From assembly GCA_951406725.2 (NCBI GenBank), contig OX597822.1:42656001-42720000 (forward strand): a DNA stretch of 64,000 nt, written 5' to 3'. Of the stretch, positions 36,944-51,125 are shown one piece after another. Below the pieces are notes generated by a model. The model saw only the letters and a list, made by a program, of their open reading frames with translations, searched no databases and was not told the DNA's origin. Made by a program: the position numbers and the translations under genes. Source of the stretch: Octopus vulgaris. Its lineage: Eukaryota. The stretch's first letter is position 1, and every line of letters starts with the position of its first letter.

Positions 36944-37869
36944 ATGGCATGTTGTATGAATGTACATATATAATGTGTGTGTGTATATATATATATGTAT
37001 AATGGTATGTATGTTGCATATGACTGTCTGAGAAGAGAAAATGTGCATGTGTAGTCTTATATGTAGTATCTGTATATACCATTGTATGTACGCATGTAGC
37101 TAAATATATGTATACATCTGTATATCTGTATGCGCCATTCCAGCAGGACAAGTGAGTCCATAACCCGTGGCCTTCTACATGGGATGGAGCCAGCCTACGT
37201 ATGCATACCTTCCCTTCTTGGGACACAAAACTCTACTTGTGAAGACGTGATGAGGCAAGTGAGGATCAGAATCGAAATCGATCAATGGAAATTGCGGATG
37301 TGCTACCAGTGCCGATGGCATGTCAAAACTCTGCTTGTGAAGACCCGTTGAGGCAAGTGACGATCAGAATCGAAATCGATCAATGGAAATCGATCAATGG
37401 AAATTGCAGATGTGTTACCAGTGCCGGTGGCATGTAAGAGAACTTTCCGTTTCGCGACCGTTGCCAGCACCGCCCCGTTTCGTGTCCGTTGCCAGCCTCG
37501 CCTGGCCCTCGTGCCGGTGGCACATAAAAAGCACCATCCGTTCGTGGCCGTTTGCCAGCTCTGTCTGGCACCAGTGCGGGTGGCACGTAAAAAGCACCCA
37601 CTACACTCACGGAGTGGTTGGCGTTAGGAAGGGCATCCAGCCGTAGAAACACTGCCAGATTTGACTGGGCCTGATGAAGCCTTCTGGCTTCACAGACCCC
37701 AGTAGAACCGTCCAACCCATGCTAGCATGGAAAACGGACGCTAAACGATGATGATGATGATGATGATATAGGTGTCTAGCTACATATATAGTATCTGCAT
37801 GTCTCATTGTAAGTATGTATAAATATATGAGGGTATATATATCTACATGTGTATATATGTTTGCACCAT

Positions 37870-37952
<83 letters not shown>

Positions 37953-40900
37953 ATGCACTACCTATATAATCACACCAGAAATAATCAGGAAGTTGTGACA
38001 TTAATGCCTCCTTTTATAAAACACTGTAGCAGTAACAAACAGTTTTTTTTTCTTACACCACATCCTATACATGAACATCTGTTATTTCCCCTCCAGGGAC
38101 TTCTGCTAACTGCAGTTACAGCCTTGTAGGATAAATATAACCTGTTAAAATTTAGGCTGTGGCTGTGGTGGTGGCAAGTGTTGAACAAGACACTGCAAGT
38201 GCAAAGTGTCAATAACAACCTACCATATCAGACACATAATTCAAGAGTGACTGTTGCACTTTGTAATCTAAGTGACTACTTCACTCTCATCTCCAAAGGA
38301 GCCTCTAAATGTTGCTCAGCATGCTGGAAATAGCAACCACATCTCCCTCAAATCAGATTACTTTTGTCTTTCTGGGGTTGATGAAATATGTGCTGGAGTC
38401 TACATCAATCCATTGCACTGCCTCCTACCCGGACTTCCTGCAAAATTTGAGGCCCTATGAGTAATTTTAGAAATAATAAGGCATGGCTGTGTAGTTAAGA
38501 AGGATCAGTTAATTATTTTATTCAACATATTCCTCTCACAGATTCATACACTTATTGCAGCGGTTCTTCAGTTTTTTCTAAGCCATATAAAAGAACTCAG
38601 AGGGTTTGGGCCTCCAACCGGGCCTTTTGTGATACCCCGCTGTATATATAAAATGACAAGCTTCTTTCAGTTTCCCTCTTAAAAAGCCACTCGTAAGACT
38701 TTCATTGGGCCAAGGCCATAAAGAAGACACATGACCAAGGTGTCATGAAGTGAGACTGAACTCAAGACCAAATGGTTGGGAAGCAAGCCTCTTAACCACA
38801 CAGCCATGCCTGCACCTAGTCCTGCCTACACTATGTAATGGAATAGTCACATCTGATCATAGGCTTATAAGATCGAGGATGACCTGGGGCTAAACAACAA
38901 CAGGGAGGTTCCTTCTGTCTGAGGATCATGGTTTATTCTGTCTGGAGGCCATTTCATGTTGCTCCAATTCACTCAGCTGTAGAATTGAGTTGCAATGTCA
39001 CTGATGCCAAGCTATATTGGCCTTTGCCTTTCCTTGGACAACATCAGTGATGCAGAGAGGTCAGTTTAGTATGTGTGGGTAACTGCTGGTCTGCCACAAA
39101 ACAACCTTGCCTGGACTTGTGCACAACACTGGTTACCAAGCAGGGGGGTGGGGGAATACAGGCACAAAAAGATACACACATACATACATGACAAGGCTAC
39201 CGTACAGTTTCTATTTACCAAATTCACTGAAGGCAATGGTCAGCGTGGAGCTATATATACTAGAAGATACTTGGCCCAAGGTGCAATGCAGTGGAGACCA
39301 TGTTACAAAGTGAGATTCTTAACCATACAGCCATACCTTGTTATTTCTAAAATTACCCACAAGGCCTCAAATTTTGCAGGAAGTGGAGATAGGGGTGGTG
39401 GTGTAGTGCATTGATATAGAAACCAGTACATATATTTCATCAACCCCAGAAAGACAAAACTGTTGAAATTGACCAAGGCAAGATTTGAACCCATGACTTC
39501 AGGATAACTAAATGCTTCAAAGTACTCAGTTTAATACCCTACTGTATCTGATATTAGGGTACCTGATTATCATGATTTTATTGCTTTCTTCTTTTTTTTT
39601 TAATTTTGTGGGCGTGTCTCTAAGTATGCATGTGTGTATATGTATGTGTGTATATGTATGTGTATATATGTATGTGTATATATGTATATGTATGTGTATA
39701 TTTGCTTATGCGAGTGTATGTTATTGTCTGATGCTACAATGGGCTGATTTAATTAATCTTATATATTGGCCATCTTCCAACAACACATAACGATGTAATT
39801 ATGTATGTGTGTGTGAAGGTTAGGGATTGTATGTATGTGTATATATGTATCTGGATGCATCTGTGTAGAAGATTATATTTTAGAGTGTGTGCATGTGCTT
39901 GTGAGTGAGTGAGTGCATATGTGTGAGTGCATGTATAATTGCAAATGGCTATTTGTGTGTGTGTGTGTGTGTGTGTGTGTAATGGGTGGAGATACAAATC
40001 TAAAGGTCTGTTTATTTTTGCTAACATATTTAAATCTCCAATGGACGGACTTCTCATGAAGATGCAAGTGAACACCAGTGCCCAGAATGGAACCTGAACC
40101 AAAGGGGGCAGCCTTTACATGGTAGCCTGATCTTCTAGAAATAGCAGTCAACTTACCCTCAAAGCACACTATACACTCTTAAAAAGAAAAACAAAAAAAG
40201 ACGATGGATAATGTAGTCATAGATATGCAATCAGACATGGTGGTCACATCTGGAATGATACTGGCCATAAGTCTGTTTCATACAGGGTTGACTTGGGCCT
40301 TAGACAACAACTTCTGATATTCTTTTTCTATCCTCCTCATCCTTCTCTACCTTATCGTTACTGATGTCAGAGCCAGCAGATCTAAGGAGAGAATATGTCA
40401 CCTGGTGTTTACTCATTTCTGCTTTGCTTTAACAAGGGAAAAAGGGGGAAAATCTGGGGGGAAACTTTGGGAACAGTGAAGTAACAACTGACCCGCAGCA
40501 CATGACTTATTTTATAGTCCTCACATAAAGATGAAATACAAAGTCAACTTCAGGTGGATTTGAACTCAAATGTAATTAAGCATTGCAAAGAATTTAACTC
40601 ATTCTGCTTGCTATTTCTGCCATCCACTGCAGCAACAACATCAATAATAATAATTTGTAACAAAGATACAAAGTTAGAAATTTGTGTGGAGAAGAAGGAA
40701 GAGGCAATTAACCCAATGCTGGAACAGTACTTTATTTAATCAACCACAGAAAGGATGAAAAGCCAGGCTGACTTCAGTGAGATTTGAACTCAGAATGTAA
40801 AGAGCTCAAACAAAACCACCACAATAATTTCCTCAGAAGGCAAGGAACATAGCTGACACAATCTGTTGTAGCACATTACTGGTACTTTGAGGGAGGTGCT

Positions 40901-41174
40901 CTGAAGTCATGTTCTGAGAGAGAACAACCATTCAACCACTCCCAAGGAGAATTTGAACCTAGTACCTCAAGATACAGTCTCAGCTGAGAAGTGGAATAAT
41001 AATACTTCTGAAGGTAAGAATTCATGACCGTGTGTGTGTGTGTGTGTGTGTTTGTATGTATGGTACATGGGTATGCATGTATTTAGCCATGTGCATATAG
41101 TGTGTGTGTCCTTGTATGGTAGGTAGATGTGTGCATGTCTAAGCATGTGCATATTTAACTACACACGTGTGTCT

Positions 41175-41612
41175 GGGAGAGGGAGAGAGGGGAAGGGGGA
41201 GGAGGAGAGAGAGTAAGAAAGAAAGAGTGAGAAAGAGAGAGAGTGAGAAAGAGAGAGTGAGAAAGAGAAAGGAAGAGAGAGAAAGAGGGAGAGAGAGAAA
41301 GGGAGAGAGAGAAAGAGAGAAAGGGAGAGAGAGAATGGGAAAGAGAGAAAGGGTGAGAGAGAAAGGGAGAGAGAGAAAGGGAGAGAGAGAAAGCGAGAGA
41401 GAGAAAGCGAGAGAGAGAGAAAGCGAGAGAGAGAGAAAGCGAGAGAGAGAGAAAGCGAGAGAGAGAGAAAGCGAGAGAGAGAAAGCGAGAGAGAGAGAAA
41501 GCGAGAGAGAGAAAGCGAGAGAGAGAGAAAGGGGGAGAGAGAGAAAGGGGGAGAGAGAGAAAGCAAGAGAGAGAGAAAGGGAGAGAGAAAAAGCGAGAGT
41601 GAGAAAGAGAGA
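41175..41612. repeat. Polypurine (GA)-rich compound microsatellite
   Basis: gagagagaaagc / gagaaaggg units; source of the spurious LS- and RE-rich ORFs. Confidence 0.95.
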
Positions 41613-42540
41613 GTATATATGTAAGTATTTAAATGGATGTATATACACATAGTTGCAAGCATATGCAGTTGTATACATAAGAATCTGTACAAATGAATAT
41701 GAGTTTGTATGCGTTAAGCCTTTTGTTACCATATTTCAGTGGAATTATGCTGGCATTGTGTCAATCTTTAAAAAATAATGATGAATTTAGTAAAATAACC
41801 GTCACTACTAAGCTGTGATTTGAGACATAAATTAACACGAAATTTTAATGGAAGGTTTTTTTTTTAAGTTTGTATCATTGAACCGGTGGCAGTCTCAGGC
41901 AGGTCAGTTCCAAAAGGGTTATGTACAACTGCATCAGAGAATCTGCAGGAATGATGGGTGTGTAAAAGATGGAGTAGCTCTTTTGTGTTCAAACCAGTGC
42001 AAATATTCACACACACACACGCGCGCGCACGCATGACCCCCCTCTCCCTCTCAGCACAGATAACAGCTATGAATCTCAGCGGAAGTACCTAACAACTTTC
42101 CTTATCAACACCTAACAACCTACAATACTTGACCTCCACCCACTCTCCCACCTCCCTATACAGAAGACTACTAAATATAATTTCATCCCAAAACTTCTAA
42201 CCCCCAACACACATTTATCTAGATAACCTCAAATTCATTCATTTCTATATCGTCATCGTTGTTTAACGTCCGCTTTCCATTCTGGCATGGGTTGGACGGT
42301 TTGACTGAGGACTTTCAAGCCAGGAGGCTGCACCAGGCAAGGTTTATACAGCTGATATGGCAAAGTTTAATCAGCTGGATGCCCTTCCTAATGCCAACCA
42401 CTCTGAGGGTATAGTGGGTGCTTTTTATGTGCCACTGGAATGGGAGCCAGTCAGGTGGCACTGGTATCAACCACACTCGAATGATGCTTTTCATGTGCCA
42501 CCAGCACAGTGCCAGTCATATATATATATGATACATTGCT

Positions 42541-42702
42541 AACCAGTAAACCTTTTTCTATTTTCTCTCCCTGTTTCTGTGTTTCGAAGAGCATAGGCTT
42601 GAAATGTAAAAGACTTTCTCACTTCCCAAGCGTTAAATTAATACATCTGTTTGTTGTTTACACACCTGTCTTTGTCTTTTGCTTTTTTTTGTAAATTCTC
42701 AC
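42541..42702 (+). mobile_element. Penelope-like 3' terminus with degenerate minimal type I hammerhead, ending in (TA)n
   Basis: gtgttt-CGAAGA-gcataggctt-GAAA-tg-TA-aaagac at ~42579-42614, followed by a T-rich tail and (TA)n. Confidence 0.45.
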
Positions 42703-43219
42703 TATATATATATATATGTTATACTTCGACAAAAAGAGGGGTGACAGTGGCTTCAGGGTTTAAAGTCTGCTACAGCCTTTGCAGAGCAGCCTGTCCAACA
42801 AGCTGAAACTTTGAAGTCACTGTCACCCTGCTTCTTGTAAAGGTATTGTGGCACTCCAGTTACAGCGACAATGAGGGTTCCAATTGATCCAATCAATTGA
42901 ACAGCTTGCTTGTGAAATTAACGTGCAAGTGGCTGAGCACTCCACAGACACATTTACACTTGTGCCTCTACTTGTAAAAGTATAATAAATATGTACTTTA
43001 CTAAAAAGTATTGAGTAACTCTTCAGTTTAATGTCAAGTTGTTTTTATTATATCTTGACATACATAAAGTAATATACATCATCATCTTCATAATTTAACG
43101 TCCATACTGGCATGGGTTGGACTGTTTGGCCAGAACTGCACCAGGTTCCAGACTGATTTGGTTTGGTTTCTATGGTTGAATGCCCTTCCTAATGCCAACC
43201 ACTTTACTAAGTGTGCTGG

Positions 43220-43615
43220 GTGCTTCTCAGGCGGTACCGGCACGGGTGCTTCGCAGGCGGCACTGGCACGGGTGCTTCCCAGGCGGCACTGGCACTTCCC
43301 AGGCGGCACTGGCACTTCCCAGGCGGCACTGGCACTTCCCAGGCGGCACTGGCACGGGTGCTTCCCAGGCGGCACTGGGACGGGTGCTTCCCAGGCGGCA
43401 CCGGCACGGGTGCTTCCCAGGCGGCACCGGCACAGGTGCTTCCCAGGCGGCACCGGCACGGGTGCTTCCCAGGCGGCACCAGCACGGGTGCTTCCCAGGC
43501 AGCACCGGCACGGGTGCTTCCCAGGCGGCACCGGCACGGGTGCTTCCCAGGCGGTACCGGCACGGTTGCTTCCCAGGCGGCACCAGCACAGGTGCTTCTC
43601 AGGTGGAACAGGTGC
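43220..43615. repeat. 26-bp GC-rich minisatellite (gcttcccaggcggcaccggcacgggt) inside a family-C retroposon
   Basis: About 15 units, including 20-bp variants; contiguous with the family-C fragment at 43078-43220. Confidence 0.92.
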
Positions 43616-44161
43616 TCCCTACATGGAACTGGCAGACACACACACATCCCTATATAAGTGTGACAGGCCCGAACTATTTATAATTGCATGATAATAAATC
43701 TTTATTAAGCTCTTTTGGGAGTTAAAATTCAACTAAACTAAATTAGTAACTGCCCTAGAATGATTACTGAATTTGCTGTGTATATATATATATATATATA
43801 TATCAAGTATTAAGAGTACTCCTGATGCATCGGGTGATATGATATGCTTGCGAAGACCTGTTGAGTCAAGTAGAACCAATATCGTAGCTGTGGCCAGTGC
43901 CCTCTGACTGGGTCCTGTGCTGATGGCACGTAAAAAGCGCCATCCAAACATGGCTGATGCCAGTACCCCCTGACTGGCCCGTGCCAGTGGCATGTAAAAA
44001 GCACACACTACTCTCGAGGAATAGTTGGTGTTAGGAAGGGCAGCCAGCTGTAGAAACATTGCCAGATCAGATTGGAGCCTGGTGCAGCCGCTAGCTCTCC
44101 AGACCTCAGTCAAACCATCCAACCTATGCCAGCATGGAAAACAGGCATTAAACGATGATGA

Positions 44162-44208
<47 letters not shown>

Positions 44209-45371
44209 AAGTATTCATCATATATGTATAGAGTATTATTCACAACTGTCTGACAGATGGGGATGTGAAACTAAGAATTCAGGGGTAATTTTGCAGCTTT
44301 AATAAAAAGCATATTACTCTACCTTTGGTATTCAAGTACTATTTCTTCCACTTTGCTTTGCACTTACATGCTCACCTGTGTGTGTGCATGTGCACACACA
44401 GACAGACAAACAAATTTTCAGTTTCCATCTACCAAATTCCATCACAAGGGCCTGGAGTAATAATACTATGGTAAAAGCCACTTGCTTAAGATGCCACAGT
44501 AGGACTGAACCAAAAACCACATGGTTCCAAAGCAAACATCTTAATGAAATAACTATTCCTGGGTCTTTCTTTTGTGTGCATGTATGCATGCGATCACACA
44601 TGTGCACATGAAAGAGAAAGAGATTATATGGTTTGATACATTGCTGTGTTACTGTGTGCGTATGTCGTTGTATAATATTTGTTATATATTGTTGTTCTAC
44701 TAAATGTGTGTAGTACTTGTTATACAGGTTATATAGAGTTAGTGAGGAAATGCTAGGAAATCACTGTAGTTGAATTCAATGCAAAATACCACCAGACAAG
44801 TGAAATAGTTATATACACAAAATGTGTGTATATTTATTTTAAAATGTGTAGGTTGATTCTATGATACTGCATGTTTGTTTTGCGACATGTAAGTGAATGA
44901 CAAAACTATATATCGCATGCACATACACTCATGCACATAAACACTAACAGCACAATAGGAAAGAAAAACACACATACACACACAATCAAGCACACTTCAA
45001 AATAACCATACAACCATTATTATAATACACTCCCACATAATGAAGTATTTATATGCTTGCTTGACCTACAAGAAACAGGAGCCAAATCTTCCACAAACCA
45101 CAATCTATCATTCTAGAAAATGAGGACAATGAGCACTGGAATAACCTCCATTACGACGTTCCACAAGGTTTTACAATCCCACCAATTATGTGCACCACAC
45201 CTTCATCAACAAATGCGTCGCAGTTTAGTCGTTAGTATGTAGGACAAAATGCTTAGTAGCATTTCTTTCGGTTTTACATTCTGAGTTCAAATTCTGCTGA
45301 GGTCAACTGTGCTTTTCATCCTTTTGGGATTGATAAAATGAAATCTTTAAAGTAAGTACCAGCTGAGTACT

Positions 45372-45628
45372 GGGGATCAATGTAAGTTCCAGGTGAGAGC
45401 TGGTGGGAGGTCAATGTAAGTTCCAGGTGTGAGCTGGTGGGAAGTCAATGTAAGTTGTGAGCTGGGTTAAGATTAATGTAAGTTCCAGGTGAGAGCTGGG
45501 GTCAATGTAAGTTCCAGGTGAGAGTTGGGGTCAATGTAAGTTCCAGGTGAGAGTTGGGGTCAATGTAAGTTCCAGGTGAGAGTTGGGGGTCAATGTAAGT
45601 TCCAGGTGAGAGTTGGAATCAATGTAAG
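45372..45628. repeat. ~29-bp minisatellite (tcaatgtaagttccaggtgagagttgggg)
   Basis: About 8-9 units starting at the 3' portion of a family-B SINE. Confidence 0.88.
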
Positions 45629-45969
45629 CATCGCCTTTAGTGGAACAAATCAATCCCAGGACTTGCTCTTTGTAAGCCTAATACTTATTCTAACAGTCTC
45701 TTTTGCCAAACTGTGAAGTTATAGGTATGTAAACACACCAACATCAGTTATCAAGCAATGGTGGCAGGACAAACACAGACACACAAACATATACATATAT
45801 ATATATAACGGGCTTCTTTCAGTTTCTGTCTACCAAATCCACTGAGAAGGTTTTGGTCAGAGCTGTGGCTATAGTAGAAGTCACTTGCCCAAGGTGTCAT
45901 GCATTGGGACTGAACCCGGGACTATGTGGTTGGTAAGCAAGCTACTTACCACACAGCCACTATATATAT

Positions 45970-46239
45970 ATATAAATACAGTGTACATTTAAACACATAA
46001 GAGGCATCCATCATAGGACTCCTTGCACGCTAGAGAGAACAGTTAAATTCCAAACCACTATTAGGGATAAAATTTCGAAAGGAATGAAAAATAAAAACAT
46101 TTACCATCTAACTTTTATTTTTCATTCCCTTCAAAATTTTATCCCTAATAGTGGTTTGGAATTTAACTGTTCTCTCTAGCGTGCAAGGAGTCCTATGATG
46201 GATGCCTCTTATGTGTTTAAATGTACACTGTATTTATAT
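45970..46239. repeat. Near-perfect inverted repeat (~127-bp arms, 16-nt loop) adjacent to (TA)n
   Basis: 45970-46096 vs 46113-46239; only about 2 mismatches seen. Confidence 0.92.
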
Positions 46240-48863
46240 GACTAATATATATTCTACTGACTAAAGTTTTACACACTAGGCCACTGATAATGGAAATTTC
46301 TAATATGTCTGATTACCCTTTGATATTATTAATTATATATATATGACTAATATATAGTCTACTTTAGGTCTCACTGAGGAAATGACCAGCGACTGAGACC
46401 TTTGGAAATATGCTGTGCGTGAAAAGACCAGGCAGGACAAGTGAGTCCAGCCCACTTATGCATGCCTTTCCTCCCTTGGACACACAAAGACCTGTTGAGG
46501 CAAGCGAAGTCGATATCGAACCTCATCCGATGACAGGCACCTATGCCAACCCCCTTTGCTTGCGAAGACCTGTTGGGGCAAGTGAAATCGAAATTGAACC
46601 AATCCTATGACTGGCACCCGGCAGATGCCAGGACCCCTGGACTGGAGATACGTAAAAAGCACCATCCGAATCATGGCCGATGCCAGCGCCGCCTCGACTG
46701 GCTTCCGTGCAGGTGGCACCTAAAATGCACCAATCCGACCGTGGCCGATGCCAGCCTCGCCTGGCACCAGTGCAGGTGGCACGTAAAAAGCACCCACTAC
46801 ACTCACGAAGTGGTTGGCGTTAGGAAGGGCATCCAGCTGTAAAAACATTGCCAGATAAGACCGGAGCCTGGTGCAGCCTTCTGGCTTCCCAGATCCCCGG
46901 TCGAACCGTCCAACCCATGCTAGCATGGAGAACGGACGTTAAACGATGATGATGATGATATTTTGGGCATCTCACCACCTTAGTAGTAATAATATACACA
47001 CACACACACAACGACCTCAAACCCACAAGAGTAAACAAGTGAGACAGAGACAGGCAGAAACAAGGAAAATGCCACTTGTATTTGAACACTATGAAAATAT
47101 TCTTTTAAAAAAACTTTACTTTTAGTTTTTCTAAAATTTAATTGTTTTCCATACTTATAGTTGATAAAGTCTCAATGACTGAAACCCCTGCTGAAATGAT
47201 TTTTTATAAAATTATTTTAGCATTTTCTATCTTGACCTTTTTTTTCCATACAAACACACATGTAGGCACAAGCCTGGTTGTGTGGTAAGCCATTAGCTTA
47301 CCAACCACATAATTTTGAGTTGTCCAAGGTGTCACTAAGTGGAAGCAGTAGTCGCAGTAGTAGCAGATCTGTATGCTTGTTTTTAGATTGGGGGAGGGTA
47401 ATTTGTCAATACCATTGACCCTGAAATTTGACTGGTACTTTATTTTTAACAATCCCTCAGGGATAAAGGCAAAGAGCTGGGTAGAATTTGAACACAGAAT
47501 CTAAAGATGAATGAAATGCTGCTAAGCATTTTGGGCATCTCACTACCTTAGTAGTAATAATAATTCTTTCTACCATAGGCGCAAGGACTGAAATTTTGAG
47601 GGAGGGGACCAGTCAACTACATCGACCCTGGTGCATAACTGACACTTAATTTATCGACCTGCGAAAGGATGAAAGACAAAGTCGATCTTGGCGGAATTTG
47701 AACTCAGAACACAGTGGCGGGTGAAATACCGCTAAGCTTTTTGTCCAGCATGCTGCCTTAATATTAATAATCTTTTCTACTCTAGGTACAAGGGCTGAAG
47801 TTCTTGGGGAAGGGTCCAGTTGATTACATTGACCCCAATACGCAACAGGTACTTAATTTATCGGCTCCAAAAGGATGAAAGGCAAAGTCGACCTCAGTGG
47901 AATTCGAACTCAGAACATAGTGATAGGCAAGATACCGCTAAGCATTTCGTCCAGCATTCTAACGATTCTCCCAGCTTGCTGCCTAAATGATGATGATAAT
48001 AATACTATTAGTATCCTCCATGCATTTCTGTCCTTGTAACTAGCAACAACATGAAAATACTCATTTGTTAGGATTGTATTTACAGTTTCATTTATAAACT
48101 GCTGTTAAGAGGACAATATTCTATTACCATCCACCACTAACACCAAGGAAACCCTATTATTCCAATAATCTGAAAGAGAAGTGAAGGAGGAGGGCTGTTC
48201 ATAGTAACATCTCAAAACTTGTTTTCACTTGCTCTGTCTTGTAGTAATGGTGTACTGAGATTGTACCAATTGGTTGGTCAGCTTAACTTTATAATGTGTG
48301 TGTGTGCATGTGTACAAACATTATCAGCCGTACACACACCATACATATCTTGAATACTAAGACCAGATTTCGAGAAGTGTGTTAAATAAGCCACACAGAC
48401 ATTTCACTTTGAGTACAGTCACTTTGTTCTCTGGTTAATCCCTTAACTTTATTCTCCTGTAAATTGGTTTTCAAGCAGGCAAGATTGTTGAGTATGGTTT
48501 GAGTGAAAAGGCCACTACGCAGCATGTAACTATAGGTGGAAGAAATTTGTGGAGCTTCTCAGTTGCTCCTAGGCAGTTGTCCTCCTTTGAGGGCACTACC
48601 ATTCATTTATATCCTGTATATACTATAATTGTTTTTTCTTCTCATCTGATTTGTGCGTGTACCTGTTCCTGGCAGAACCACAAGAGCACTGGAGAAAGGG
48701 TTTTGCATTTAATCTTTCTGGGGTTGATCAAATAAGGGACAAGTTAAGTACTGGAAGTGACAGAATCAACTTATCTCTCCTGCTCCAAATAGGCATACAC
48801 ACATCAAACACATGATGTGCTTTTTCCAGATTCCATCTAACAAATCCACATATATATGTATGT

Positions 48864-48937
<74 letters not shown>

Positions 48938-49436
48938 ATGTATATATATCTATGTATATATACATATATATATCATCATCGTCGTCGTTTAATGTTCGCT
49001 TTCCATGCTGGTGTGGGTTGAATGGTTTGACTGAGAACTAGCAAACCAGGAGGCTGCACCAGGCTCCAGTCTGATTTGGCAAGGCTCCTACAGCAGGATG
49101 CCCTTCCTGATGCCAACCACTCCGAGAGTGTAGTGGGTACTTTTATGTGCCACTGGTATGGGAGCAGGTCTGGTGGTACTGGCATCGGCCATGCTCAAAT
49201 GGTGCTTTTTACGTGCCACCAATATGTGTGCCAGTTGGGTGGCACTGGCATTGGCTACACTTGACACTTGAATGGTGAATTTTATGTGCCACCAGCACAG
49301 GTGCCACTGACATTGGCCACAACTTCACTTGGTTCAACAAGTGTGTGTGTGTGTGTATATATACAAATATATACACACACACACACAAATGTATATACAC
49401 ACAAATATGTGAACACACAGTTGTTTGACCCATATA

Positions 49437-49480
<44 letters not shown>

Positions 49481-50174
49481 CACACACGCACAATGCCTTG
49501 GTGCATCTTAATGCCAAGGAAGCTCATTAACATTCTTTTATCCTAAATCTTGGTTAACTAACCCTAATTAATGTATGTTTTCTGTGTCTGCTCTCCTGCT
49601 CCATCCCTCATCGGCATAGTTGTTCATCCTGACTGAGATCATATCACCCTCCAAACCCACCCAACTAAACATACTTTCAGATGATGCACTAGAAACCATC
49701 GCATACTCAGGGAATCATTCATTCCAATTCCAGCTGATTGGCTCTGAATGAGGAAGCAGCGTTTCTTACATTAGTACAAGGTCAAAAATTAATGGGAGAC
49801 GTGGATACAGATGCTAAAGTAGTTTAACATGAAAATAGAACGAAAGACAATATCAGCAATCTACAAACTGAAACCAAAATAAATAAACAAAATTTTAAAT
49901 TAGTGCCCACTCTCTCTCTCTCTCTCTCTCACACACACCACAGAATGAAAAGCAAAGATCATAATTTTGATCTTGGTAAAATTATAGTAATAGTTTGTAA
50001 TTTAGGCACAAGTTTAGCGATCTGAGGTGGGAGAGTGTTAATTAAACTGACCCAAGTACATGACTAATACTTTATTTTATTGATCCGGAGAGAATGAAAG
50101 GCAAAGTTAACCTCAGTAAATGCTCTCTCTCTATTATATACACATTATTTAAGTCTGAAGGATTGCTGAGAGAC

Positions 50175-51125
50175 AGCATGATGGAAAGCGTGCGTGCATG
50201 TATGATGCAGAGTGTGTGTGGATGATGGAGAGCATATGTGCATGTATGATGGAGAGCATATGTGCGTGTATGAGGGAGAGCGTGTGTGCGTGTATGAGGG
50301 AGAGCGTGTGTGCGTGTAAGATGGAGAGCATGTGTGCGTGTACGAGGGAGAGCGTGTGTGATTGAGCGTGTGTGCACGTATGATGGAGAGCATGTGTACG
50401 TGTATGACGGTGAGCGTGGGTGCACATATGACAGAGAGCGTATGTACATGTATAATGGAAAGCACGTGTGCGCATATGACAGAGCATGTATGATGGAGAG
50501 CGTGTGTGCATGTATGACAGAGAGCGCGTGTGCGTATGACGGAGAGCGTGTGCGCATGTATGGAATGTGTGTGTGTGTATGCATGAGAGTGTGTGTGCAT
50601 GACAGTGTGTGTGTGTGTGTGTGCATAACAGTGTGTGTGTGCATGATGCAGTGTGTGTGTGCATGACAGAGTGTGTGTGTGCATGACAGAGTGTGTGTGT
50701 GCATGACAGAGTGTGTGTGTGCATGTGTGTGCATGACAGAGTGTGTGTGTATGTGTGCATGACAGAGTGTGTGTGTGCATGACACAGTATGTGTGTATGC
50801 ATGACTGTGTGTATGACGGAGAGTGTGAGTGTGTGTGTGTGTGTGTGCATGACAGAGTGTGTGTGTGTGTGCATGACAGAGTGTGTGTGTGTGCATGACG
50901 GAGTGTGTGTGTGTGCATGATGGAGTGTGTGTGTGTATGACGGAGTGTGTGCTTGATGGAGCGTGTGTGTGTGTGTGTGTCCATGATGGAGTGCATGCGG
51001 GTTTGATGGTGTGTATGAGTGTATGAGAGAGAGAAATAGAAAGAATATGCGAGTGTGTTTGAATAAGGGTGGGAGTAGGTGTGTGTGAGAAAGAGAGAGG
51101 GAGGAAGAGAGAGAGAGAGAGAGAG
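50175..51125. repeat. Compound (GT)/(GCAT)/(GA) satellite (gcatgacagagtgtgtgtgt-type units)
   Basis: Direct reading; source of the His/Thr-rich spurious ORFs at 50072-51150. Confidence 0.95.

Noticed and set aside
40402-40426. Possible micro-exon encoding MSKHQ (minus strand, phase 0)
   Set aside because: Weak donor (gtgaca) and no family similarity; indistinguishable from chance without transcripts.
41139-41732. Leu/Ser- and Arg/Glu-rich ORFs
   Set aside because: Translation of a GA microsatellite.
43088-43691. Six overlapping repetitive ORFs (also 1565-2118)
   Set aside because: GC-rich minisatellites lacking stop codons; open in nearly all frames.
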